In this document: positions 9,515 to 18,997 of the stretch, in pieces
How the letters are laid out: each line of letters begins with the position of its first letter
Numbering within the stretch: position 1 is the first letter of the stretch
Source of the DNA: Candidatus Sumerlaeaceae bacterium
GTDB lineage: Bacteria; Sumerlaeota; Sumerlaeia; Sumerlaeales; Sumerlaeaceae
NCBI GenBank assembly: GCA_049968255.1
Contig: JBMFRB010000004.1
Coordinates: forward strand, 192,001-256,000
DNA length: 64,000 nucleotides
Direction: 5' to 3'
Program-made: the position numbers and the translations under genes
Notes under the pieces: model-generated
Database searches by the model: none
Told to the model about the DNA's origin: nothing
What the model saw: only the letters and a program-made list of their open reading frames with translations

Positions 9515-12500
9515 ATGAAAACCGCACATTTTAGAAGAGCACTGAGCTTTTTCCTCGCTCATATCTTCGCGCTCTGCGCCATAGTTCAAGCAGCCCCGTC
9601 GTTGCCCCCCTCTATCACCGTCAAGGAAACGTCAGGGGGAAAATACCTTGTCACATTCACGCTCAAATCCCAAGCATCAAGTGTGTATCTGTCGGGATCC
9701 TTTGCCGACTGGCGTCCCGACAAAATTGAAATGACTAAAAAAGGTGAAGCCTTTACCGCGACCGTCGAACTCCCGGAAGGAAAGCATGAATACAAATTTG
9801 TCGAAGACGGCAAAACCTGGCGCCCCGATCCTCTCAACCCAAAAGGTGCGCCCGATAATTTCGGCGGACAAAACAGTGTTCTCGAACTGACAAAGGAAGC
9901 CGTGGCGGCATCACAGCGGGCTGTGGTGGGTGATCCTGACATCTCCAAGGACATCGCGGCGGAGGGAATCCAGGTTTGTCCGTCGGTCAAGGCTGTGCCC
10001 CACGGCGATGGAACCTACGCTGTAACCTTCCGCTTCAAAGCCCAAAATGCCGAAAAAGTATTTCTCGCTGGCTCATTCAACGACTGGTCTGCGGATGCCA
10101 AGCCCATGGCGCGCGAAGGCGATGAGTTCGTGGCAACCCTAGACCTCAAGCCTGGTGAGTACGAATACAAATTTGTTGTGAACGGGAAAGAGTGGCGCGA
10201 GGACCCGCTCAACCAAGAGAGCAAAGAAAATGGTCTCGGCGGCAAAAACAGTGTCATTCGCCTCGGGGAAAAGGGGCAAAAGACACAGCAGACCTCGCCG
10301 AGTAATGAGGAAAAGACTCCACCCACCAACACAAACCCTACGGAGCCCACAACAAGTGCGACAGCTCTTCGCCCTTTTCCCAGTATCGAAATTGTCCCCC
10401 TGGGTAACCATAAAAACCGTGTGATGTTTCGATTCAAGGCGCCCGACGCCGACACAGTCCATCTCGCCGGCTCCTTCAATGGCTGGAATCCCACAACCCT
10501 GAAAATGCAGAAAGAGGGCGACACCTTCGTCATCTCCCAAGTGCTGCTAGATGGGGAGCATCAATATAAATTCGTTATCGATCACAGCCGGTGGCAGGAA
10601 GATCCCCTCAACCCGGTCAAGACCGATGATGGGCAAGGAGGTTATAACAGCGTGCTGCGCTTGGGACACGGAGCCGCTGTTGTCCGCTCTGAAGCAAAAA
10701 TCGGCGACGGAAAGATTGACGGAGATTTCCTCTTCCACGATCCCGAATCGATCGAGTTCTTCAACCCGCTCAGCAAGAACGGCCCCGTCGTCATTCGCGT
10801 GCGAACATTGGCCCACGACGCTGAGAAAGCATGGCTACGTTTTTTAGAAGCGGCAGGGGAAAAGGACGTTCTTCTTCGCTCGGTTTACTCAGATGAGCGA
10901 TTCGAGTATTTCGGTGGTAAGCTCCCGCAAATCGAAAATTACTATTTCCGCTTTAGCGACGGTAAAACGCGTATCGACTATGGCCAAGATGAAGTCAAAA
11001 CACCTCCCGCGAAAGTCACCCCGTTCACGGCCAAAATTGATGAAAGCAAAATCTTCGTCACCCCAGAATGGGCACGTCACGTGGTCTGGTACGAAATTTT
11101 CCCCGAGCGCTTCCGCAATGGCTCAAAAGACAATGACCCCACAGGAACACGTGCGTGGACGCTCGATTGGGAGCACCTCCTCCCGCAGGACGGTGGGAAA
11201 TTCTATCCCAGCGTTTTTTTCCGGCGCTATGGGGGCGACTTACAGGGGGTCATGGAAAAGCTGGACTATTTGAAGTCGCTTGGCGTGGGGGCGATCTGGT
11301 TTAATCCACTTTTCCAGTCAGAGTCACTTCACAAATACGATGCTACCGACTATCGCCACATCGATGACCAGTTCGGATATAAAGGCGAGTACGAGCGAAT
11401 TGTGGCACAAGAGGACCTGCTGGATCCTTCGACGTGGAAATTCAATAAGAGCGATCAACTTTTCCTCGAGCTCATAAAAAAAGCGCATGCCGCAGGCATC
11501 AAAATTATCATCGATGGAGTCTTCAACCACACAGGCACAAAACATCCTGCCTTTCAGGATGTCCTCAAGAACGGCAAAAACTCCCCGTTCAGAGACTGGT
11601 ACAACATCACGAGTTGGGCCCCCCTTGATTGGGAAGGGTGGTATGGGAATAAGGATTTGCCTGTGTTCAAAGAGGATGAACACGGCTATGTTGACCCAGA
11701 AGTGAGAAAGCATATTTTTGCCGTGACGCGGCGCTGGATGGATCCCAATGGCGACGGCGATCCGTCCGATGGAATTGATGGCTGGCGTCTCGACGTCCCC
11801 AATGAGGTGAGCAGCGAATTTTGGCGGGAATGGCGCAAACTCGTAAAATCGATCAATCCCAATGCCCTCATCATGGGAGAAATTTGGGATCCGCCCAAGC
11901 AGTGGCTGCGCGGCGACCAATTTGACTGCGTCATGAATTACCAGTTCGCAAAAGCTCTGCTCCGGTTCTACGCGAACAACGGGACCGCTACGCGCCTGGC
12001 GAACGATATCGCGAAGATGCTTTTCGATGTTCCTGAACAGGCCAACTACGTCATGATGAATCTCCTCAATTCCCACGACACTGACCGACTCGCCTCGATG
12101 CTCTATAACCCCGGCCGCGAATACGATAACGGTAACCGCATCCAAGACCTGAAAGCGGGCGAAACTTACAAGACCGACAAACCTACCACCGATACCTACC
12201 ACAAGATGAAGGCCGTCGTGGGGGTGCAGTTCTGCTACGTCGGTGGACCAATGATCTACTATGGTGACGAAGCCGGCATGTGGGGCCCGGATGATCCTGG
12301 TGATCGTAAGCCGATGATCTGGAAAGATCTCGAACCGTACGAAAAGCCTGAAGAGAACTACTTTATGCAGGACATCTTCTCGCACTATCAGCGGTGCGCA
12401 GCCATCCGCAACTCTTTGCAGGCACTTCATGTCGGCGATTATGAAACGATTCTGGCCGATGACGCGGAAGCGCTCTTTGCTTTCCGCCGCTGGACCAAAG

Positions 12501-12757
12501 ACCAGACGGTCATCGTCGTGACGAATAACTCGAGCAAAGCAAAAACGGCCAAGATCAAGTTGCCAGAAGGAGCTCCTGCGCAATACATCGACGTGCTGAA
12601 CGATCCCCGAGTGAAAGTCATTCCCGCCAAACGCCTTGATGCTTCCGACACTACCCGCATTGATTACACAAAGGCCCAACCGAGAATCAAGGCGAAGGGA
12701 CGAACTCTTGACGTTGCCATAGAGGCCTATACTTCGCGAATCCTTCTAGGACGGTAG
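9515..12757 (+). CDS. secreted GH13 alpha-amylase/neopullulanase-type enzyme with three CBM48 (AMPK-beta-like) modules
   Basis: Signal peptide ending VQA. Three 'VxLxGSFxxW...YKFVxxGxxWxxDPLN' modules. GH13 motifs YEIFPERF, DGVFNH, GWRLDVPNE, GEIW, NSHDTDR and YYGDE. Confidence 0.93.
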   Translation: MKTAHFRRALSFFLAHIFALCAIVQAAPSLPPSITVKETSGGKYLVTFTLKSQASSVYLSGSFADWRPDKIEMTKKGEAFTATVELPEGKHEYKFVEDGKTWRPDPLNPKGAPDNFGGQNSVLELTKEAVAASQRAVVGDPDISKDIAAEGIQVCPSVKAVPHGDGTYAVTFRFKAQNAEKVFLAGSFNDWSADAKPMAREGDEFVATLDLKPGEYEYKFVVNGKEWREDPLNQESKENGLGGKNSVIRLGEKGQKTQQTSPSNEEKTPPTNTNPTEPTTSATALRPFPSIEIVPLGNHKNRVMFRFKAPDADTVHLAGSFNGWNPTTLKMQKEGDTFVISQVLLDGEHQYKFVIDHSRWQEDPLNPVKTDDGQGGYNSVLRLGHGAAVVRSEAKIGDGKIDGDFLFHDPESIEFFNPLSKNGPVVIRVRTLAHDAEKAWLRFLEAAGEKDVLLRSVYSDERFEYFGGKLPQIENYYFRFSDGKTRIDYGQDEVKTPPAKVTPFTAKIDESKIFVTPEWARHVVWYEIFPERFRNGSKDNDPTGTRAWTLDWEHLLPQDGGKFYPSVFFRRYGGDLQGVMEKLDYLKSLGVGAIWFNPLFQSESLHKYDATDYRHIDDQFGYKGEYERIVAQEDLLDPSTWKFNKSDQLFLELIKKAHAAGIKIIIDGVFNHTGTKHPAFQDVLKNGKNSPFRDWYNITSWAPLDWEGWYGNKDLPVFKEDEHGYVDPEVRKHIFAVTRRWMDPNGDGDPSDGIDGWRLDVPNEVSSEFWREWRKLVKSINPNALIMGEIWDPPKQWLRGDQFDCVMNYQFAKALLRFYANNGTATRLANDIAKMLFDVPEQANYVMMNLLNSHDTDRLASMLYNPGREYDNGNRIQDLKAGETYKTDKPTTDTYHKMKAVVGVQFCYVGGPMIYYGDEAGMWGPDDPGDRKPMIWKDLEPYEKPEENYFMQDIFSHYQRCAAIRNSLQALHVGDYETILADDAEALFAFRRWTKDQTVIVVTNNSSKAKTAKIKLPEGAPAQYIDVLNDPRVKVIPAKRLDASDTTRIDYTKAQPRIKAKGRTLDVAIEAYTSRILLGR

Positions 12758-12773
12758 AGAAAGCGCGATTCGC

Positions 12774-14006
12774 ATGGCGCCAGGCGCAGTGAAAAAACTG
12801 TTCCGGGGAACCGTAATCTATCTGTTTATCCTACCGGCATTAGTCCCCATGCTGGCGCTGGTAGGTGTGCCGCTGCTCCAAACGATCTTCTTCAGCTTCA
12901 CGAATCTGAAAGAAAAGAACTTCGACCTCTGGACACTGGGTATCGAGCCGATCGCCGGCTCAACCCAGTGTTCCCGAGGTGTTGCCGTGCGAGTGATTCC
13001 GCGCGGTCCCGCAGCAAAACACGGCGTGCCCGACGGCGCTTGCGCGCTGGCTATCGGCGAGCAAGACGTAAGCAGCACAAGAGTGCTCGAGCGTCTTCTT
13101 GAGAAAGCGAAGCGCGAGTTCGTTAATGGCAAAATTGAGTCGGTTACCCTGACTTACCTTGACCCCCATTCCCCCACGAGCACAACGGTATCACTGCGGT
13201 TCGAGCGCGCTCCCTTCGACTGGCGCGTTGATCCCAACCGCGACAACTCCACTTGGGGACTTGTCGGACTGGCGAATTACAAGCGCGTCCTGATTCCCTC
13301 GAAAGATTCAGACGAAGCGCACACCTTCTATAAAGTTCTGGGAATAACTATCCTGTGGACCGCTATCAACGTCACGTTCCACTATCTCTTCGGCTTCGCC
13401 CTAGCCCTTCTCCTCAATAGAAACGTTCCTGGCACGCGTTTTTACCGCGTCCTTCTCATGTTGCCTTGGGCCGTGCCCGTGTATGTTTCGGCGTTCTCAT
13501 GGCGCTGGCTTTTCAATTCGCAGTATGGCTTCTTCAACGTCATACTTCAAAAACTAGGGCATTCCCCCATCCCTTGGCTTAGCGACACGCTGTGGACGTT
13601 CGTCGCAGTCACCATCACGAACGTTTGGTTAGGCATTCCCTTTATGATGATTAGCTTGTTAGCCGGAATGCAGGCAATCCCCAAAGATCTCTATGAGGCC
13701 GCAGAAATTGACGGGTGTTCGCGCTGGCAAAAGGTTCTCTATGTTACGCTTCCAATGCTTCGGCCAGTGAGTTTGACCATTATTCTGCTAGGGGCCATTT
13801 GGACCTTCAATATGTTTAACGTCATTTGGCTGGTGCAAGGCGGTGGGACAGCCGTAGAAATCCTTGCGACCTACGCCTTCCGCCTTTTCCGCGATTACCA
13901 CGACTACGCCGGTGCCGCAACTTACGGCACACTCATCTTTCTCTTACTGTTGATCTTTAGCTTGTTTTATCTCAAGCTCCTGCATCGAGAGGAGGAGCTT
14001 TACTAA
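12774..14006 (+). CDS. carbohydrate ABC transporter permease (MalF/MalC type) with a PDZ-like periplasmic insertion
   Basis: 'VGLANY', 'LPWAVP', EAA motif 'DLYEAAEIDG...VTLPMLRP'. Confidence 0.9.
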   Translation: MAPGAVKKLFRGTVIYLFILPALVPMLALVGVPLLQTIFFSFTNLKEKNFDLWTLGIEPIAGSTQCSRGVAVRVIPRGPAAKHGVPDGACALAIGEQDVSSTRVLERLLEKAKREFVNGKIESVTLTYLDPHSPTSTTVSLRFERAPFDWRVDPNRDNSTWGLVGLANYKRVLIPSKDSDEAHTFYKVLGITILWTAINVTFHYLFGFALALLLNRNVPGTRFYRVLLMLPWAVPVYVSAFSWRWLFNSQYGFFNVILQKLGHSPIPWLSDTLWTFVAVTITNVWLGIPFMMISLLAGMQAIPKDLYEAAEIDGCSRWQKVLYVTLPMLRPVSLTIILLGAIWTFNMFNVIWLVQGGGTAVEILATYAFRLFRDYHDYAGAATYGTLIFLLLLIFSLFYLKLLHREEELY

Positions 14007-14843
14007 ATGCCTCGTCAGCCGCTCATTAGCACCCACTTTTGGCTCGCCATCGCCAGTGTTATCGCAATTTTCCCAATCATTTGGGTGCTATCGACGTCGC
14101 TAAAGAAGAAAGAGGACGTTTACCAAACCGTCCGTATCGAGGTCATTCCTTCGCAACCGAATTTTGAAAACTATCACGAAGTCCTAACGATGAACCACGG
14201 CATCTTTCTGCGCTGGTTTCGCAATTCTGCTGTTGTGGCGAGCGCGACGGCGCTTTTTGGCGTGCTTTTAGCGGCGAGCGCAGCCTATGCCTTTTCCCGC
14301 TTCAATTTTTTCGGCAGGAAGCCGCTGATTTTCTTCTTTTTGCTCACGCAAATGTTTCCCGGCGTCGTCCTCTTGGTCCCTCTATATTTCATCTTGCAAC
14401 GGCTAGGCCTTCTTGGGTCCTTTCCGGGGCTGATTTTGGCTTATTGCACGGTCAGTCTCCCGTTCGGCGTGTGGATGTTAAAAGGCTATTTCGACACGAT
14501 TCCCAAGTCGCTAGACGAGGCAGGAATTGTGGACGGCCTCAGCATCGTAGGAGTGTTCTGGCGCATTATTCTCCCACTCAGCCTTCCAGGGATTGCGGTG
14601 ACCGCCTTCTTTGCCTTTCTCACAGCATGGAATGAGTATATGTTTGCGCTCGCTTTCATGACCGGTGAAGAAAACTATCTGCTTCCCGTGGGTATGGCGG
14701 CCGCATTTGGCGATCAGTACCAGACGTTCTGGCACCTCATGGCCGCCGGGTCAATCATCACGACAATTCCCGTTCTTGCTGTGTTTGTGCTCGCCCAGCG
14801 TTACCTCATCAGCGGTTTGACGCAGGGCGGCGTCAAACAGTAA
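14007..14843 (+). CDS. carbohydrate ABC transporter permease (MalG type)
   Basis: 'AAYAFSRFNF', 'QMFP', 'KGYFDTIPKSLDEAGIVDG' and 'GLTQGGVK'. Abuts the upstream permease. Confidence 0.93.
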   Translation: MPRQPLISTHFWLAIASVIAIFPIIWVLSTSLKKKEDVYQTVRIEVIPSQPNFENYHEVLTMNHGIFLRWFRNSAVVASATALFGVLLAASAAYAFSRFNFFGRKPLIFFFLLTQMFPGVVLLVPLYFILQRLGLLGSFPGLILAYCTVSLPFGVWMLKGYFDTIPKSLDEAGIVDGLSIVGVFWRIILPLSLPGIAVTAFFAFLTAWNEYMFALAFMTGEENYLLPVGMAAAFGDQYQTFWHLMAAGSIITTIPVLAVFVLAQRYLISGLTQGGVKQ

Positions 14844-16368
14844 CTTCTTTGGGCTGACGGCAAGCAAAAGTGCTCAGCGTGAAAATCACGCTACCTGCCC
14901 ATATAGCGTAGCAGGCCACCCCAAGATTTCTTCGCAGTGCTGTGTTCGTGAGGCCATAGGCTTGAATTGCGAGTTCGAGGCCGAACCACAAAGCCAGTGC
15001 AATGGCCCATCGCATATTAGCAACTGACGTCGCTCGGCGCACGGCAAAAGCCAGCCCGATCAGACGAGAAAAGGTGAATAGCGAAAATAGGACGACGCCC
15101 GGGAGCCCGCCGGCAAAGGCTTGTTCGATCCACTGGTTATGCGGGTGACTCATGCCTTCCACCTGACTTGCGACCGCGGGAAAGAAGCGCCGCGCAGAGG
15201 TTTCAAAAGTCGAATAGCCATATCCCCATCCAAGAAGCGGGCGCTCGGCAATCATCTCCAGGGCTGTGCTTTGGATAGCCATCCGACTTGCAAGCGAAGT
15301 CGGTGCAAAATGACGACCAGTAAGCCACCGGTACGCATCCTTCCAGTGGGCGCGTTGCGATGGGCTAAAGATGGCGAAGGTGGCTCCCGCAATAATCACC
15401 ACAGAGAGAGTGCCCGCAAAGCGTACGCGAGCCCGCGGAGGCGCAGCACACAGGGCCGCCGCCACTCCCACTCCAGCTCCTGCCAAAGCCCCACGGGTTA
15501 CACTGGCGCCGACAATGAGTAACCCTCCCACAGCACTTGCAATGGCCCATGCCGGAGAGCCAAAGCCCCCAACTAGCATCAATGCCGGAAGGAGAAAAGT
15601 TTGGATCATGCCAAAAAAGCCTGTCCGGTTGTGATGCTCGAACGGAAACTGCAGTCGCCAAGTCTGACCGCTGCCCTGAGGCTCGATCCGAATCCATTTC
15701 TGCTCAACCGCAAACGAGGAAGAAAGCATACCAATCCCATAAAGCGCAGTGATGCCAAGCATCACAACGCATGCTATGGCCAAACTTCCCACAATCCCTC
15801 GTACAACTTGCTGACCAAAACCCGATGCTCGGTTTGAGAGGAGAATGACAAGGTAAAAAACACCAGTGTAGGCAACGAGTTCGCGGGCAAACAGCTTGAG
15901 AGAAATCTTTGGGAGAGGCCCTGCGAGCGACACCAGATATTGCCATAGCAAGTAGGCAAGCAACGAACTGAGACAAAGGCGGATTGCCCGATACGCTCTT
16001 TGTGTGATCCCGGATTCTGTTCTGGCGCACAGAATGTTATCGGTCAACCGCGCGCTCTCACGGGCAAGGAGGCCCACACAAAGAATACCCAAAACTGCAA
16101 CAGCGGTGCGCGGACGCGCTTCGCTCGGGGAAGCCGCGATGGCGAGAACACCAAGCAGCGAAGCTCCAAGCACCCCTGCGCCCAATTCGCGGGCAGACCT
16201 GCGAACAGTGCGCGCCCAGGAAATGGCAATTGTTGCCGCAGCAGTGAGGACGCTTACTAAAACGATCCCCAAAAATAGATTCTCTCCGGCCCTGTCCGAC
16301 AAAAACAAAATACTGGCCAACGCCCCCAGGGCGAATCCCAACACTCTATTCACTTTTGCAAATTCCAC
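14833..16368 (-). CDS. O-antigen ligase (Wzy_C) family membrane protein
   Basis: Multiple TM helices, 'TRGA', 'SRMAI...MIAERPLLGWGYG' and 'HPHNQWIE...GLPG'. Confidence 0.85.
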   Translation of the reverse strand: MEFAKVNRVLGFALGALASILFLSDRAGENLFLGIVLVSVLTAAATIAISWARTVRRSARELGAGVLGASLLGVLAIAASPSEARPRTAVAVLGILCVGLLARESARLTDNILCARTESGITQRAYRAIRLCLSSLLAYLLWQYLVSLAGPLPKISLKLFARELVAYTGVFYLVILLSNRASGFGQQVVRGIVGSLAIACVVMLGITALYGIGMLSSSFAVEQKWIRIEPQGSGQTWRLQFPFEHHNRTGFFGMIQTFLLPALMLVGGFGSPAWAIASAVGGLLIVGASVTRGALAGAGVGVAAALCAAPPRARVRFAGTLSVVIIAGATFAIFSPSQRAHWKDAYRWLTGRHFAPTSLASRMAIQSTALEMIAERPLLGWGYGYSTFETSARRFFPAVASQVEGMSHPHNQWIEQAFAGGLPGVVLFSLFTFSRLIGLAFAVRRATSVANMRWAIALALWFGLELAIQAYGLTNTALRRNLGVACYAIWAGSVIFTLSTFACRQPKEVTV

Positions 16369-16642
16369 ATCCCTGCCTGTGTTTGACGTTCTTTGCGTTC
16401 TCGCCTCTTGGTAGAAAGCGGGTACGTTCCCAAAAAAAATGAATCATGCAATTGTTTCTCTTGCAAGCCAGGTTGAGCTCAAGTAGGAAGCACCTGAGTG
16501 GCGAAAAAGGGAGGTGATGCAGCAAGCAAAGCACGCGAGTACATGTTTTGGCGGATGAGTGACAGAGGGTCAGAAAGGTCTCCGAGCTGACTCTCTCCGT
16601 AGCGGGAAGAAAAACACGCTCGAACGAGAAGGAGGGAAAACG

Positions 16643-17761
16643 ATGAAGCGACTCTTCGTGTGCGGCTTTGTCTACCTGGCAGGGGCTGTCGTGATGGCTG
16701 ACACGCCGAATGCTATCGGGTACTGGGTCGCACAGTCCGACATCATTCCTGGGTATCCCACGCAGATGGCTGGTGCCGCTGTCGTCGGCGATTACCTTTA
16801 TATTCTTGGTGGCAATAACCTGGTGGAAGGCGACACGGGTCGCGTTTTTCGCCTAAAGATTGATCCGGCAACCGGTGCGCTCAGCGCTTGCACTGCGATG
16901 ACCACTTTGCCGGCGATGAACAATTTTGTCTACATTGGCGAGCAAGTTGAAGCCACGACTGACAGTATCTACATTTGCGGCGGTGGTTACAATACGACTG
17001 GCCCCAACCGTAACAATGTTACCTCGATTGGTGTGGATTCGAATGGCAACTTTTCCTCGCCGGCTTGGAAGGAAAGCCCTGCATTCCCCGGCGGATATGA
17101 TCCGGAACTTGGCTCGGCTGCGATTGCACAAAACGGCTACATCTACGCTATGGGCGGAGATAGTGAGAGCGGAACCCCGCCGCTTTACGACATTTGCGTT
17201 TATGCCCAAACTCAGGCTGACGGGAATTTGGGAACATTTGCCACGGGAGCGACACTTCCCTCCGCGTGCTACTTCAATGCGAATGCAGCAATTGGCAACA
17301 ACATCATTCTGCACCGCGGACTGACGACCAAGGGTGTGAACACGTCCGTGACGAGCGATATTTACGTCAATACCGTGAACAACGATGGAAGCATGGGTAG
17401 CTGGGTCCAGCAGACATCGGCAAATTTGCCGGCCGGCCGTTACAATCTAGGCCTAGTCGCTGTCGGCGATACCGTGTTCGCCATTGGTGGGCGCGCCTCG
17501 GGCGGGACACCGCAAAACAACGTGTGGCGTGCGCAGATGACGGGCAGCAGCTTGGGAGCATGGCAGACTTCGACAGATGCGCAACTGCCCGACGGAGTTC
17601 GGTACCATGCGGTCGTCTACTCGCCCACAAGCAAAAGCCTGTACGTCGTGAGTATTCGGCGTGCAAGCGACGGTGCTGTCTCGAACGAAGCGTATATATC
17701 TGCGCCGTTGTTCCCCCGCACCGTTTCGGCAGCCGCGCAAGACTGGAGCCTGTACGAGTAA
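16643..17761 (+). CDS. secreted Kelch-like beta-propeller protein with a C-terminal W-x-x-Y tail
   Basis: RBS GGAGG before ATG 16643, signal peptide MKRLFVCGFVYLAGAVVMA, and Kelch-type blades (YLYILGG, IYICGG, YIYAMGG, VFAIGG). Ends SAAAQDWSLYE. Confidence 0.8.
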   Translation: MKRLFVCGFVYLAGAVVMADTPNAIGYWVAQSDIIPGYPTQMAGAAVVGDYLYILGGNNLVEGDTGRVFRLKIDPATGALSACTAMTTLPAMNNFVYIGEQVEATTDSIYICGGGYNTTGPNRNNVTSIGVDSNGNFSSPAWKESPAFPGGYDPELGSAAIAQNGYIYAMGGDSESGTPPLYDICVYAQTQADGNLGTFATGATLPSACYFNANAAIGNNIILHRGLTTKGVNTSVTSDIYVNTVNNDGSMGSWVQQTSANLPAGRYNLGLVAVGDTVFAIGGRASGGTPQNNVWRAQMTGSSLGAWQTSTDAQLPDGVRYHAVVYSPTSKSLYVVSIRRASDGAVSNEAYISAPLFPRTVSAAAQDWSLYE

Positions 17762-17908
17762 AACGCTGGGCGCTACTCTAGCGCGACCTTCTTTTGGCCT
17801 GGATGCAGTCGCTGGCTGCATCCACGCTTTCTTTTCTGAGCACGAGGGGAGGCCAGACGGAAGGTTTTGCTTTGAACTGTCCCTCTCGTCGCGCAATTGT
17901 TCTCCCGC

Positions 17909-18958
17909 ATGATCGACGAAGCGCGCCACAACACAGCCTTTTCGCAGAACACTGCAACGTGGGGGCCATCCCACGGAGCGCTTTTGCGAGTGGAAAATTT
18001 GCGAAAATCTTTTGTGATTGGACACGCGCTCCTGGGGCGGAGAAAGCAATTTCTCCAAGCAGTGCGCGGAGTAACGTTTTCATTAGTTCGCGGAGAGACG
18101 CTTGGTCTTGTCGGAGAGAGTGGCTGCGGCAAAACGACGTTGGCTCGTCTCATTCTTCAACTGATCCGTCCGGATGCCGGAAGTGTGTTTTTAGCCGATT
18201 CGCCAGATCTGACGCTTCTCTCGCAACGCGAACTGCGACCGTTTCGCCGCCGCATGCAGATGATCTTTCAGGATCCTTACAGTTCTCTCAATCCGCGAAT
18301 GACTGTTGGCGCCATTGTTGCAGAACCGCTTATTATTCATGGCTTTTGTTCACGCAGTGAGCGCCACGAGCGGGTGAAGCAACTCCTGGCAGAAGTTGGA
18401 CTCTCGCCCCGAGCAGCTAACCGATTTCCTCACGAATTTAGCGGTGGCCAACGCCAGCGAATCGGGATCGCCCGAGCCCTTGCTGCTGGCCCCGAAATCA
18501 TCGTCGCTGACGAGCCGGTTAGCGCCCTCGATGTTTCCATCCGCTCCCAGATTATCAACCTGCTGCAAGATTTGCAGCACCAGTATCAGCTATCATATTT
18601 ATTTGTCTCCCATGATCTCAGTGTGGTCGCGCACATTAGCCATCGCGTGGCTGTCATGTATCTTGGTGAGTTTGTCGAGGTTGGCCCAAAGGATTCGCTC
18701 TTTTCGCAGCCGCTGCATCCCTACACTCAGGCGCTACTGGCCGCGGTCCCTCGCCCTGATCCGAAGCTGCGCGGCATGAAAATCGTTCTTGCCGGCGATG
18801 TGCCATCACCAGTGGCACCGCCGACCGGATGCAGTTTTCATCCACGATGCCCCCAGTGCTTCGAGCCATGCCGGCGGATACCACCGCGGATGCTTGAGAC
18901 GGCCCCAGGGCATTTTGTTGCATGCCACCTTTGGGATCCATCAATGAAATCAAACTAA
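17909..18958 (+). CDS. oligopeptide/dipeptide ABC transporter ATP-binding protein (OppF/DppF)
   Basis: [39 protein letters not shown] and C-terminal 'GCSFHPRC...VACH'. Confidence 0.95.
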   Translation: MIDEARHNTAFSQNTATWGPSHGALLRVENLRKSFVIGHALLGRRKQFLQAVRGVTFSLVRGETLGLVGESGCGKTTLARLILQLIRPDAGSVFLADSPDLTLLSQRELRPFRRRMQMIFQDPYSSLNPRMTVGAIVAEPLIIHGFCSRSERHERVKQLLAEVGLSPRAANRFPHEFSGGQRQRIGIARALAAGPEIIVADEPVSALDVSIRSQIINLLQDLQHQYQLSYLFVSHDLSVVAHISHRVAVMYLGEFVEVGPKDSLFSQPLHPYTQALLAAVPRPDPKLRGMKIVLAGDVPSPVAPPTGCSFHPRCPQCFEPCRRIPPRMLETAPGHFVACHLWDPSMKSN

Positions 18959-18997
18959 TCTCGCACAAGCGCACGAAGAGGTCATAAGCGAAAAATT

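Noticed and set aside
11324-12679. 451-aa minus-strand ORF
   Set aside because: Antisense to the GH13 catalytic domain; a codon-bias artefact.
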